Source of the DNA: a virus
IMG/VR virus record: IMGVR_UViG_3300009068_000024
Span: 73,504 to 137,503 of that record
Strand: one strand, 5' to 3'
DNA: 64,000 nt
Made by a program: the position numbers and the translations under genes. Of this stretch, positions 43,153-52,807 are shown piece by piece. The notes below the pieces were generated by a model, which had not been told where the DNA came from, did no database searches, and saw only the letters and a list, made by a program, of their open reading frames with translations. Numbering within the stretch: the first letter of the stretch is position 1; the number at the start of each line of letters is the position of its first letter.

Positions 43153-45753
43153 TTAATGGGCTAGGCGAACTGCGACATTCCAATCAATTTCTTTGGATTC
43201 TACAGCTCTTGGAGCAAGAGTTCTATTTTTAATTTCAGCTTTAGAGCCTTGACCTAGAATTTGTAACCCTCTATCTGAAAGTTTTCTGTGAAACGCAATT
43301 TGAGTTAGTGGACGTTCACCACGTTCATCCGACCACATTCTATAAATTGAATACATCTGCTTGACTAAAACTGAAGCTCCCTCATTTTCACGAGTCTCTT
43401 CATTCAAGAACATCCCAATTCGGTCTTCATTCTTACGATAGATCTCAGCTGCCTCAGAAACGGCTGTACACCACCCTAGAGGGTCTCTAGCAGACGATCC
43501 TAGGTATTTTATGGCTCCCTCTACTGCCCAAGCCAAAACAGCCGGTAAACCGCCCTCAGGGTCGAATAGATAAGCTTTTAGATCTGGATCTGGCATTTCA
43601 GGAACATTGCTCCATGGAATAGGTCTAATACGACGCCACATAGCATCGTCATTAATCATAGGACGGTGGTTAGTTGTAATCCATAATTTGGCTTGAGCCT
43701 TAAATGTAAATGGCTTTTCACCTGGAGAACGAGCAGAAATTTCAGATGAACCAGTTAACTTTTTAACAGCATTTTCTTTTAGACGTTCTGATTCTGGAAG
43801 CTCGTCTACCCAGACCATTCGACGACCTCTAAGTTCAGCCCAGTGGTACATATCTGTACTACTTGAGCTAGCACCAGTATCAGCAAGAATGCTGGAGTCA
43901 AGTGGCCAGGCATATTGCTGAGTACCTAGAGCCTTAACGATTGCTTCAACAAACGTGTTTTTACCCGATCCCGGGGGACCATAAACAAGGAACATTAAAT
44001 CTTGATTGTTCAAACCAGTCAGTGTATAGCCAACTGCACGTTGAATCCAGTCTTGTAGTTCTCTATCCCCGCCAGTAGCAAAGTCGATAAACTGCTCCCA
44101 ACGCATATTACGCATTCCTGGGGTGTAAGACAAGGGGATACGCTTTGTGATATGTAGATCTGGTCTACCTTTCATAAGCTCTCCGGTTTTAAGATTGATT
44201 ACACCATTAAGCACACCAAGAAGATATTCATCTCCATCCCAAGATTCAACTGCAGTAATTACTCGACTATCTGAATTAGCACTTTCAATAGCTGCATTTA
44301 ATCTGCTATTTGATCTAACCTGATTGGCCCACTTGATAACTTCGCTACGCTTATCTTCATCTGGATAATTGACTACTTCAGTGGTAATAATTGTTGGTAA
44401 GTGCTTTGCCAGTTCTTTCATTCCAAGATCTTCAGCATCTGGTTTCCAATACTGACCATCCCAAATAAACCAACCAATGCCGGGAGTGTATCTAACTGAC
44501 GATCCAAATGAATCTACTAATCGACGTCCATTACCGATGTCAGATAGAGATCGGTTTCCTGGCTTTCCACCCTCGGCTTCCGAAATAGCGTCGACGTTTT
44601 TAGGGACATCAACGTTTCCACTACTAAATGCATCCGAAATTGATACACCATTATGAGCTGCCTCTGAGATAGAATGACCTACAGTTCCAACCTGAGACTG
44701 TGCTGTTGGGCTAGGGTCTGATTCAGTTTTAGGTTTAGCTGATCTAGATTCTTCTTGAGACCTGTTTGCCCAGTCTTATAGTCCAGGCCAAAGTTTTTCT
44801 GTAATTGGATTTTCAGCAACAAAGTCCATGGCACGGCGGACGTGCATAAGAAGAGAGTTAACACCCTCCAATTCCATTGGCGGACGTACTTTTTCGTAGT
44901 TGAATCGGATCATCAAAGTCTCGATCATCAAACGCTTTTCAGGAGTCTCTACTCCATACTTGTTTGATAGTGCACATGCAAGCTTGTAGATATCTACAGC
45001 ACGTGATCCTTCATCAATTCCTTCTTCAAGAATTTTTGCAATATCAACCCGATCACCTTTATAGTCAAGGTCACCCATCCAACTCCAGTCACCATCAGCG
45101 TGGGACGATCCAGACTTGCGATTCTTTTTACGAATAACCTCTAGTAAAGCTTCCGGGGCATCTGCCATTTCAATTTCCCATGGGGCATGTCCTGGCTTCC
45201 ATTCATAGTTGACTCCAGATCCATGGCGGCTAGGTGCAAGCATCACATACCCATTGTGCTTGATGTCAATACCATTTAAACCGCTAGCTTTTAAATTACC
45301 TACAAACTGTTCTGAATTATCTACTTTAAAAAATAAGTGACGTCCACGTTCAGCTTTACCGTTATATGTATATCTTCCAGTAAGTGCTTCTACAGTGTTT
45401 GGTAATGCACCATCTAAAAGTTCATCTAGTTTTTCAAATGATTCAATACCACCGGATCTAGGGTCAATATCAATGACTATAAATCCAGATGGTTGGCAAA
45501 ACACACCAATGTTGTTGATAGGGGAAGTGCTCCACCAGTTATGAATAACTAGCTGATCATCGGTAGCACGTGCGTTCCACTCACCGATGGCTGGGTGCTT
45601 ACCTACATCTTTAGGTTCACCGTGAATACCGTTGCAAGTACAGCGACCTCCGTCATCAATACCGTGGCAAGGTAGGATCTTCCAGCCTTGTTGGGCATAC
45701 CAGACGGATGCTTTAGATAATTTCTCAATGTGAGTAGATTCAGGTTGAGTCAT
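43153..45753 (-). CDS. Bifunctional primase-polymerase / D5-like SF3 helicase, interrupted by one in-frame TAA at 44776-44778
   Basis: Prim-pol motifs (GKHP, NIG, IDIDPRSGG, GRHLFF, GYVMLAPS.H.SG..YEW) and helicase motifs (GPPGSGKNT, VDE, TNH.P). Both track ORFs share one frame and the 118 codons between them are open and D5_N-like. Confidence 0.88.
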
Positions 45754-45965
45754 AGTTAGTTACCTGCCGTAAATTGTCGTTGCATAAAAAGCCTCTCAAT
45801 AGGAGCTGTATCAAAAACGATACAGCAAAGACGTGAAAAATTCAAGTTGAAATGTAATTTTAATTACTTTTAGAGAAGAAAGCGTAGCACGTCTAGGGCT
45901 AGTCGCCAATCAGAGGATAGGGTACAATTATACACAAGATATCCATCATCAATTAAGGCATTATT

Positions 45966-46295
45966 TTGATCATCGACCAAATTTTTACGACTTCAGCAGT
46001 CATCACTGCAATCGGCATAATCGTCGGCGGAATCCTTGCTGTATACAGATTAGCACATAAAATTCAAAAATCTATTGGATTGGACTCTCAGGGTAGGACA
46101 ATATCTGAAAGATTAGATAAAGTTGAGCACCAACTTTGGGAAAATGGCGGTAGTTCGTTGGCTGATAGGGTAAATACTATTGAACTTCATGTTGTAAAAA
46201 CCCAGGCTGAAGTTGAATTAATTAAGAATTTTGTTATTGGCGTGTCGCCAGCTCCTGCCCCGGCTAAAAAAACTAGACTAAAAAAAGTTAGTTAA
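45966..46295 (+). CDS. Single-TM membrane protein with coiled coil (holin-like candidate)
   Basis: N-terminal hydrophobic helix, then ENGGSSLADRV. Confidence 0.55.
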   Translation: MIIDQIFTTSAVITAIGIIVGGILAVYRLAHKIQKSIGLDSQGRTISERLDKVEHQLWENGGSSLADRVNTIELHVVKTQAEVELIKNFVIGVSPAPAPAKKTRLKKVS

Positions 46296-46361
46296 TACAT
46301 ATAAAAGTACAAAAATGTACTAGTATTAAAAAGACATAAATGACACACTAAGGAGTACGCT

Positions 46362-46625
46362 ATGTCTCTATCGGATAAATTAGCCGAAGCTTCAAAAAAA
46401 TCTGGATCTAAATGTAAATTAGGCGCTTTGCTTGCTGGCACGGTATTGCCTGAAAAAGATTGTAATTATTTAATTGATGTTTTATCTGTACCTGAAGGAG
46501 ATCCGCGTAGAATATCTAATGTAGATATTGCTAGAGTTCTTCGGGATGAAGGATTTGATATTTCAGATAGTTCCGTTGATCGTCATCGCCGCAGAGATTG
46601 CGGTTGCTACAGGAAGGTAGCCTAA
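46362..46625 (+). CDS. Small HTH-like, Cys/His-containing protein
   Basis: AAGGAG RBS; IARVLRDEGFDISDSSVDRHRRRDCGC. Confidence 0.6.
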   Translation: MSLSDKLAEASKKSGSKCKLGALLAGTVLPEKDCNYLIDVLSVPEGDPRRISNVDIARVLRDEGFDISDSSVDRHRRRDCGCYRKVA

Positions 46626-47842
46626 TGGGAATTTCAGATAAATTAGAAACTCTAGCAAGTCCTGGAGTTAGTGGTTCAGATATTAAAACACTTAACACTC
46701 CAGAAGATTGGCGACCACGTTTGGATCTTGACGACTCCAAGGGTGGTTTTGTTGTATCTAAGCCGCATCCGGTCGGTGAGATTCCTGACGCAGCAGACGT
46801 GCTCAAGGACTTTGATCTTGACCCAAACTCTTGGACAGTAACCTCTTTACGTCGTTCTCGTTGGCAAACGTATCATGGTGAATGGTTGGAATCGGTTCGT
46901 GTAAACGTTACTCCAGCTGGATTAGCTATTGCTGATGCTCTAGACGCCGAAGCTCTTATTGATGAAATTAAAAAATGGCGTCCAGAACGCGGTATCAAAG
47001 TTGCTACCGGTGAGGGTGCTTTTATTGTAGCCCCTAGCGATCAGCAGATTGGTAAAAAAGCTAATGGTCAAGGTACCCAGCAGTCAATCGATCGTATTTT
47101 GTATTTAACTGAAGCATCGGTAAGTAGGTTTAAAGATCTTAAAAAGATTGGACTAAACTTAGGGACAATAGTTCTAGCACTTCCGGGAGATCACGTTGAA
47201 GGTCTTACAAGTCAAAATGGACGTTTGCAAGGTCAAGCAGCATCTGACCTAGGTCTTACTGAACAAGTTCGTGTTGCACGTCGTTTGCTTATGGCGCAAA
47301 TTAAAGCTTTAGCTCCCTATGCGGAGCGTATAGTTGTTCCAGTCATCAACGGAAACCACGATGAAGTAACTCGTCAGGTTGCTGCCGATCCCGCTGATGG
47401 CTGGAACGTTGAGATTGCTTCGGCAGTGCAAGATGCATGTGCAGAAAATCCAGCGCTACAACACGTTGAGTTTAGATACCCATCTTCAGGTCATCAGACT
47501 CTTACCCTTAATATCAACGGGACCATGCTTGGATTATTTCATGGTCACCAGGTTGGTAGAGATGTAATGAAATACTTATCTGGTCAAGCAGCAGGTCAAA
47601 CTGCGCTGGGTCTTGCTGATGTTTGGATTTCTGGACATTTCCACAACTTTAAAAGCATGGATATCGGTCAACGTTTATGGCTTCAGTGTCCAACTACCGA
47701 TCCAGGTTCAGAATGGTTCCGTGATCGTGCAGGTCTAGAGTCAAAGCCAGGTCTATTGACACTAGTTATGGGTGGAGATTACGAACCTCGCGAACACATA
47801 AGCGTTCTAGCTGTTAATCCAGATCTTCTTCCATCTCGTTAA
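46625..47842 (+). CDS. Calcineurin-like metallophosphoesterase (Mre11-like nuclease)
   Basis: SDQQIG, GDHVE, GNHD, FHGH, GHFH motifs; TAATG coupling gives the start at 46625. Confidence 0.85.
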   Translation: MGISDKLETLASPGVSGSDIKTLNTPEDWRPRLDLDDSKGGFVVSKPHPVGEIPDAADVLKDFDLDPNSWTVTSLRRSRWQTYHGEWLESVRVNVTPAGLAIADALDAEALIDEIKKWRPERGIKVATGEGAFIVAPSDQQIGKKANGQGTQQSIDRILYLTEASVSRFKDLKKIGLNLGTIVLALPGDHVEGLTSQNGRLQGQAASDLGLTEQVRVARRLLMAQIKALAPYAERIVVPVINGNHDEVTRQVAADPADGWNVEIASAVQDACAENPALQHVEFRYPSSGHQTLTLNINGTMLGLFHGHQVGRDVMKYLSGQAAGQTALGLADVWISGHFHNFKSMDIGQRLWLQCPTTDPGSEWFRDRAGLESKPGLLTLVMGGDYEPREHISVLAVNPDLLPSR

Positions 47843-48359
47843 GATCAACCCCAGCTGCTTCAAGTTCTTCATTAACTTCTTCTTGAGCATCAAACTCTTC
47901 TTGTTTGTCTGCTGTAAGTTTTAAATATGCATTTACTGCATTCACGCTTGTTCTACTTCTCCATGTAAAATCGCACATTATGCAATTTACTAGACGAACA
48001 GTTGCCCATCTACCGCTGTCTGGATTATCTGCAATTAATGGTCTTAAAAATTTGGTTTTAGCCCCGCAATATAGACATTTAGGAAATCGATCATATCTGG
48101 TCTCGGCTTTATCTATGTTTACAGATAAAGTTCGTCTAATTTCATATTCATCATGTCCTCCCCAGATCCCCCAGATCTCCATATTCTCTAAAGCTGATTT
48201 AATGCATTCTTTTCTCACCGGGCAAACAAAACAAAGATTTTTAGCCTTCATTTTATCTTCACTCTTGTGCGAGAAAAAATCTACTTCTCTATTTTCTCTC
48301 TTGGCACATTCAGCATTTTCTTGCCAATCAAAGCCATTACTTGGTTTCCAATTTGTCAT
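47814..48359 (-). CDS. whiB: WhiB-family transcription factor with extra C-terminal zinc ribbon
   Basis: WQ..A.C..AK.LC..CPVRKEC...AL...E.WGIWGG, then CLYC..CIMC. Confidence 0.9.
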   Translation of the reverse strand: MTNWKPSNGFDWQENAECAKRENREVDFFSHKSEDKMKAKNLCFVCPVRKECIKSALENMEIWGIWGGHDEYEIRRTLSVNIDKAETRYDRFPKCLYCGAKTKFLRPLIADNPDSGRWATVRLVNCIMCDFTWRSRTSVNAVNAYLKLTADKQEEFDAQEEVNEELEAAGVDLNEMEEDLD

Positions 48360-48694
48360 ATTATCTCCACCCAAGTTACGGCTTTAGGAGTTTTAACTAT
48401 CTCTCCGTACTCGGTATTTCCATGATTGTTACATACAGTAGGGTATATCTCTTCGTCTATTTCTCCGGCATAGCCGTAAGAAATATGAGCCCTTTCAACA
48501 GCTTTATAACCTTCTCCTAAAGAAACGACTATTCCGTCTCTTTGAAGTGCTGAAGCTAAAGCTCTTCTGATCAGATCTATATCAAGATCTACGTGGTCAT
48601 ACGTATAGAAGATAATAGAAGAAGGCCTGGAGACGGCAAAGCCAGCTCCAGACCATTCAAACCATAGGCATTCGCCTGTACGTTTATCTCGCAT
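48356..48694 (-). CDS. Hypothetical protein
   Basis: 112-aa ORF, GGAG RBS, overlaps the whiB start. Confidence 0.7.
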   Translation of the reverse strand: MRDKRTGECLWFEWSGAGFAVSRPSSIIFYTYDHVDLDIDLIRRALASALQRDGIVVSLGEGYKAVERAHISYGYAGEIDEEIYPTVCNNHGNTEYGEIVKTPKAVTWVEII

Positions 48695-48770
48695 TAGTAA
48701 TCAACTCCACAAATTAATTGTACAGTTTTTTTCGAAAAAATGTTCGAAAACGCGGTTTATTTTTAATTAT

Positions 48771-48989
48771 TTAAATTGAATTTAGAGATATTCCAGTCTT
48801 TACCTGAATATGAGCTGTAACTTTAAACTTATCTGTAGATTCAGAATTTTTGACTTTTAATTCTACAGATAGTTTCTCTGACACTTCAGTTACATCTAGT
48901 TTTAAATAGTTAGCAACATAATTTAAAGCTATGGCCTGTGATTCATAAAAATCAGATGCTTCAAACTCTAGTTCAAATGATGTACGCAT
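48771..48989 (-). CDS. Hypothetical protein
   Basis: 72 aa, TAATG-coupled. Confidence 0.7.
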   Translation of the reverse strand: MRTSFELEFEASDFYESQAIALNYVANYLKLDVTEVSEKLSVELKVKNSESTDKFKVTAHIQVKTGISLNSI

Positions 48990-49408
48990 TATTGGACTCT
49001 CTTCAGTAGGTTTTCAGGTTGATAGTGGGCAGATTTAACCGGAGGGTTTTCTAGATCAGTTAGGTCAACAATAATGTCACCAGATCTGATAGCTACAATA
49101 ACTCCTGGACGTCCATTATGGATCATTCCAAGCTCTCCTGCAAAGGCATCGTTCTTTACTCTAACGATATCTCTAACTTTTAGAGCTCCTCTTTCTGCTT
49201 GAACGTAGACCTCATCTTTAGGGGGTGGTACCAGTGAATGCTCTAGAGCAAGGTGCATGAATATATTGGCGATCTGCTCTGCATCTTCACGTTTGAATTC
49301 TGGAAGTTCTTTCCAAGCATTTAATAGGTGAATTACAGCATTACCGTTACCCATTCGAACATTTAAATTTCCTAACTGGTATTTAACCCAGTCCATATTT
49401 ACCTTCAT
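48989..49408 (-). CDS. Hypothetical protein with C-terminal SH3/KOW-like segment
   Basis: 139 aa; LKVRDIVRVK..HNGRPGVIVAIRSGDIIV. Confidence 0.6.
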   Translation of the reverse strand: MKVNMDWVKYQLGNLNVRMGNGNAVIHLLNAWKELPEFKREDAEQIANIFMHLALEHSLVPPPKDEVYVQAERGALKVRDIVRVKNDAFAGELGMIHNGRPGVIVAIRSGDIIVDLTDLENPPVKSAHYQPENLLKRVQ

Positions 49409-49416
49409 ATTTATCC

Positions 49417-50433
49417 TTAATCTACTAGTTTTAATGCTTTTTCAAGCATCTTTATTGACTGTTTTTTGTTTGGTATCTTAGCTATATAACTCTCTCTTTG
49501 AGCTATAGCTATTAATACTCGTTTTTCTTCAGACATTGAATCTATAGTTGAAGCAAGTAAATTCCACTCGATTCCAATAGATCCTGACTCTTCCCAGAAA
49601 GTTGCTACTGGAGTGAGACTATTTATTGATTGAATGTATCTATATGACCACCAGGTGCCTTCGTTTTTATACGGAGCTAGTAATATTCCTACAGATCTAG
49701 ATATTTGATGTAGCACATCCTTATCCGTAGCTCCTTTATTAAGTTTTGCAGGAGACACAGGTAGTCCGATAGTTTTTGAAATCTTTTTAGTCCACATTGA
49801 CTCGGGCTGATCAGCAGTCCATTTATAGATTCTATCTAGCTGCTCTACTGGATCTTGGATTAGGTAAGAGTCTAAGTTTAGATAGATTATTGATTTTTTA
49901 GCTAGCTCTGGGAGATTCAGTTCTTTATCTGAATAGCTTTGTTTCCAGGGTAGAACTGGCACTAACGTAGTTGGCCAATCTTGATCCAATAAATTATCTA
50001 TGGATTTTAGAATATTTGATTTTAAGTTCTGATCTGAAACTACAGAAGAGTAGCCTTTTTTATTTGAAAAAAATTGTTTAGTTAGAGTCTCTGGATTGTT
50101 TTTTACAGATCTTAAAGTGGTGGCTATTTGAGAGACATTTGGAGCATCTATAAGCAAGCTAAGCTTTTCTGACCCCCAAAGAGAGTTAATTATGTTTAAA
50201 GCACCATAAATTTTATTTGCACTAAGGCTAGTAATAGGTGCAATTCCTACAATTACAGAATCATAGGAATCAAGTTCTTCTTTTGTTATGTCAATTTTGG
50301 GATCTTCCCAGACTACGGTATGTCCAGAATTTTGTAATGCTGAATTGATAGCTGAAGAAAAAGTTAGATTTTTTGTATTAGCGTTTAAGGAAGACTGAGG
50401 CGCGGTCATACCAGTTAATAAAATTTTTGACAT
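49417..50433 (-). CDS. Hypothetical protein, possible GT-B glycosyltransferase-like
   Basis: 338 aa; Rossmann-like start KILLTG; C-terminal GILLAPY..WWSYRYIQSI...TPV. Function uncertain. Confidence 0.45.
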   Translation of the reverse strand: MSKILLTGMTAPQSSLNANTKNLTFSSAINSALQNSGHTVVWEDPKIDITKEELDSYDSVIVGIAPITSLSANKIYGALNIINSLWGSEKLSLLIDAPNVSQIATTLRSVKNNPETLTKQFFSNKKGYSSVVSDQNLKSNILKSIDNLLDQDWPTTLVPVLPWKQSYSDKELNLPELAKKSIIYLNLDSYLIQDPVEQLDRIYKWTADQPESMWTKKISKTIGLPVSPAKLNKGATDKDVLHQISRSVGILLAPYKNEGTWWSYRYIQSINSLTPVATFWEESGSIGIEWNLLASTIDSMSEEKRVLIAIAQRESYIAKIPNKKQSIKMLEKALKLVD

Positions 50434-50450
50434 ATAAACCTTTAATTAGA

Positions 50451-50480
50451 GGGGGGCACTAGTTTTACCTAATGCCCCCC
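50451..50480 (-). terminator. Hairpin after the SSB gene
   Basis: Minus strand GGGGGGCATTAG-GTAAAA-CTAGTGCCCCCC; the G-U pair forms only on the minus strand. Confidence 0.7.
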
Positions 50481-50494
50481 GCAATTACTGCAGA

Positions 50495-51040
50495 TTAGAA
50501 CGGAGCTGCAGGTGGGGCCGGTGGAACTGCTACTCCAGCAGTGCTTGGAGCAGGTGGAGCGGGTGGAGCAGGTGGGGCAGGTGGAGTACTTGCCTGAGCA
50601 GGAATGGTTCCAGCAGTCTGCTGAACATAGTAACGCTTTAGTTCATTGCGCTTGCTACCGTTCCAGGTGCGTGATCCAATCTGAGCACGGAATGAGCGAC
50701 CAATAAGCATTGACTCAATCTGTGCGTTAGTTGGGTTGTTGTTCGTGAAAAACTCACGAGGGAGTCCAAGTGCGGTCATCTTCGAGAAGAAGATATCTAG
50801 AGCATTTGAGCTCCCTGGACTGACTACCAAGTTATCCCAGACGCGGCGCTTGTTGTGTGCGCCACCCTGAACTTCAGTAGTGATCTTGAACATGGTTTTG
50901 CCACTTTGTGAAGTGGTTGCGGAAGCTTCAATGACCTTTAGGTCATAGTCGCCATCTGGAAGTGGTTCGTAATTACCGCCACTTGCAGTTTCGCCAGCAT
51001 CTTTGACTAGGTCGCCCCAGTTGAGAGTACTCATATGCAT
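50495..51040 (-). CDS. ssDNA-binding protein (DUF669-like)
   Basis: YEPLPDGDY..V..A....SQSGK.M, Pro-rich tail ending APF; next to the AAA recombinase. Confidence 0.75.
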   Translation of the reverse strand: MHMSTLNWGDLVKDAGETASGGNYEPLPDGDYDLKVIEASATTSQSGKTMFKITTEVQGGAHNKRRVWDNLVVSPGSSNALDIFFSKMTALGLPREFFTNNNPTNAQIESMLIGRSFRAQIGSRTWNGSKRNELKRYYVQQTAGTIPAQASTPPAPPAPPAPPAPSTAGVAVPPAPPAAPF

Positions 51041-51081
51041 AACTCCTATAGTTATTATTTAGGGTTTAATCGGCTAGGGAT

Positions 51082-51840
51082 CTAAGCCGACTTTTTTTTC
51101 TCGGTCTGTGGACCGAAAATCATGTCGAGCATACGCTCAATACCAAGATCCTGTTGTTCTACAACAGAACCTAAACGGCCTTGAACACGCTCACCGGCAT
51201 CATACTTGTCCGTACGTTCCACGTACATACGGCGTGCCTTGTAAGGCAGCTGAGTAGGATCCGGATTTGGAATATTTTCAATTGCAATAGCACCTAATAC
51301 ATCATAGAAGTATGGAGCTTGAACTGCAAGTTGACCCTGCAAGTAAGGCTTCATGTGACCATTCTGATCAGCACGTGCCATTGCAGTTAGGACTACGGCC
51401 TCTAGAGGCTGAGTTGGGTGCATTGTAAGGTCACGCAGGTCACGAAGTAGTGCACCCATGTGGCGAAGTAGTTCGCCCCACTGTTGCATCTTCATTTGCT
51501 CGGTACCAGCAATGTTGTCCATGCACTTAACCTGCAACTCAGAAATTGAGTCAATGATCAGAGACTTGAACTGGTGCTTACCGGCTTGTAGCCATTGGAA
51601 AGCTTTTAGAACTACGTCATAGTCACGCACTGTAACTACTACTGTATCCCAGGTGCCGTCAGCCACAGGTGGCTCCTCACGCATTGGGTCCCAATACTTT
51701 ACGTTGATTGGTAGGAATCTGTGTCCACCCTCAACGTCTAGCATAAGGCGAGGGTATGGTGCTGTGACAGCAAAAGTTGACTTACCAACCTTTGATTCGC
51801 CATAGACCATGATAGTTAGTGAACGCTGTACATCTGACAT
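51082..51840 (-). CDS. AAA ATPase, Sak4-like single-strand annealing recombinase
   Basis: YGESKVGKST, LDVEGG, IIDSISE. Confidence 0.8.
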   Translation of the reverse strand: MSDVQRSLTIMVYGESKVGKSTFAVTAPYPRLMLDVEGGHRFLPINVKYWDPMREEPPVADGTWDTVVVTVRDYDVVLKAFQWLQAGKHQFKSLIIDSISELQVKCMDNIAGTEQMKMQQWGELLRHMGALLRDLRDLTMHPTQPLEAVVLTAMARADQNGHMKPYLQGQLAVQAPYFYDVLGAIAIENIPNPDPTQLPYKARRMYVERTDKYDAGERVQGRLGSVVEQQDLGIERMLDMIFGPQTEKKKSA

Positions 51841-51842
51841 GC

Positions 51843-52805
51843 TTAGTCACTACCTTTCTTTTCGTCTTGTGATTTGTAATATCCGTATGGGTCGGAGACC
51901 TCATACATATCTTCAATAGCTGCTTCTGCTGATGAACCATCATCAATCATTGGGCAGATAGTGTAGAACTGGCACTTCCACTTGCAATCCTTGGTAGGAC
52001 GTGGGTAAGCGACAAAATTAGGATCCTGACCTGCATCAAGAGCTTTCTTGACACCCATCAGATCTGCAACTGTACCATGAATACGTTGCCAAAAAGAACG
52101 CATTGTAAATACATTGTGTCGAACTTCGATTTGCTCGTAGAACGGAGGTTTAGCGTTTGCAGTACGCTTTACCTTTTTTAGCATAGTAAATATACCACCC
52201 TCGGAACGTTCTTCCGGTGATTTGTTCTGGGCGTGTTCCAACATCATGTAAGTAAGAATTTGCTCGTTCATCTGTGCTTGATTAGCAAAGTCTGCAAACG
52301 AGCCACCGACAGTTTTGAAGTCTCGGAACATACGAACGCCATCAATCTTACGACGAACACGCATATCAAGTTTTCCTTGAAGAATAACTTCTCCGTCAAA
52401 CATTGGCATTTCAATAATCTCTTCAGTAGAGATCATTTCAAGCTCGGCATCAATACCTTCGTCGTCCATCCACTGTAGGTAGCCTTCAAGCATAATTCTA
52501 CCTAGTTCAGCTTCTGATTCAAGATCAGAGGTGTCTCTATACTCAGCTACAAGAGTTTCCATATCCTTCTTTACAAGGGCAGCATGAGCCTCTAGAAGGC
52601 CTATTTCACCGTTAGATGAATAGTACTGATCTAAAGCTTCGTGGATACGAGAACCAAGAGCAAGGGCACCTGTGTAGTCTCTCTGCTTTGGCATAAGACG
52701 TCTGTAGTAGTTAAGCCACCACTTGCGTCGGCAATCTTTGAATACCTGAATCTCTGAGTTAGAGAGACGGTATGGTACAACTTCTTGTGTAGTTTCGTCA
52801 TTCAT
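51843..52805 (-). CDS. PD-(D/E)xK (Cas4/RecB-like) exonuclease
   Basis: S.SEI..F..CRRKW, GS.IH, GKLD, DFKT, Q...Y, C-terminal CKWKCQF..IC. Confidence 0.85.
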   Translation of the reverse strand: MNDETTQEVVPYRLSNSEIQVFKDCRRKWWLNYYRRLMPKQRDYTGALALGSRIHEALDQYYSSNGEIGLLEAHAALVKKDMETLVAEYRDTSDLESEAELGRIMLEGYLQWMDDEGIDAELEMISTEEIIEMPMFDGEVILQGKLDMRVRRKIDGVRMFRDFKTVGGSFADFANQAQMNEQILTYMMLEHAQNKSPEERSEGGIFTMLKKVKRTANAKPPFYEQIEVRHNVFTMRSFWQRIHGTVADLMGVKKALDAGQDPNFVAYPRPTKDCKWKCQFYTICPMIDDGSSAEAAIEDMYEVSDPYGYYKSQDEKKGSD

Positions 52806-52807
52806 GG

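Noticed and set aside
44776-44778. Genome-wide stop-codon reassignment
   Set aside because: TAA ends most genes here and TAG and TGA also act as stops; only this gene is interrupted.
48728-48750. TTTTTTCGAAAAAA palindrome with a second TTCGAA
   Set aside because: Low-complexity AT-rich sequence, plausible by chance.
51843-52805. Cas4 as part of a CRISPR-Cas locus
   Set aside because: No array or other cas genes; the context is the usual phage nuclease-ATPase-SSB recombination trio.
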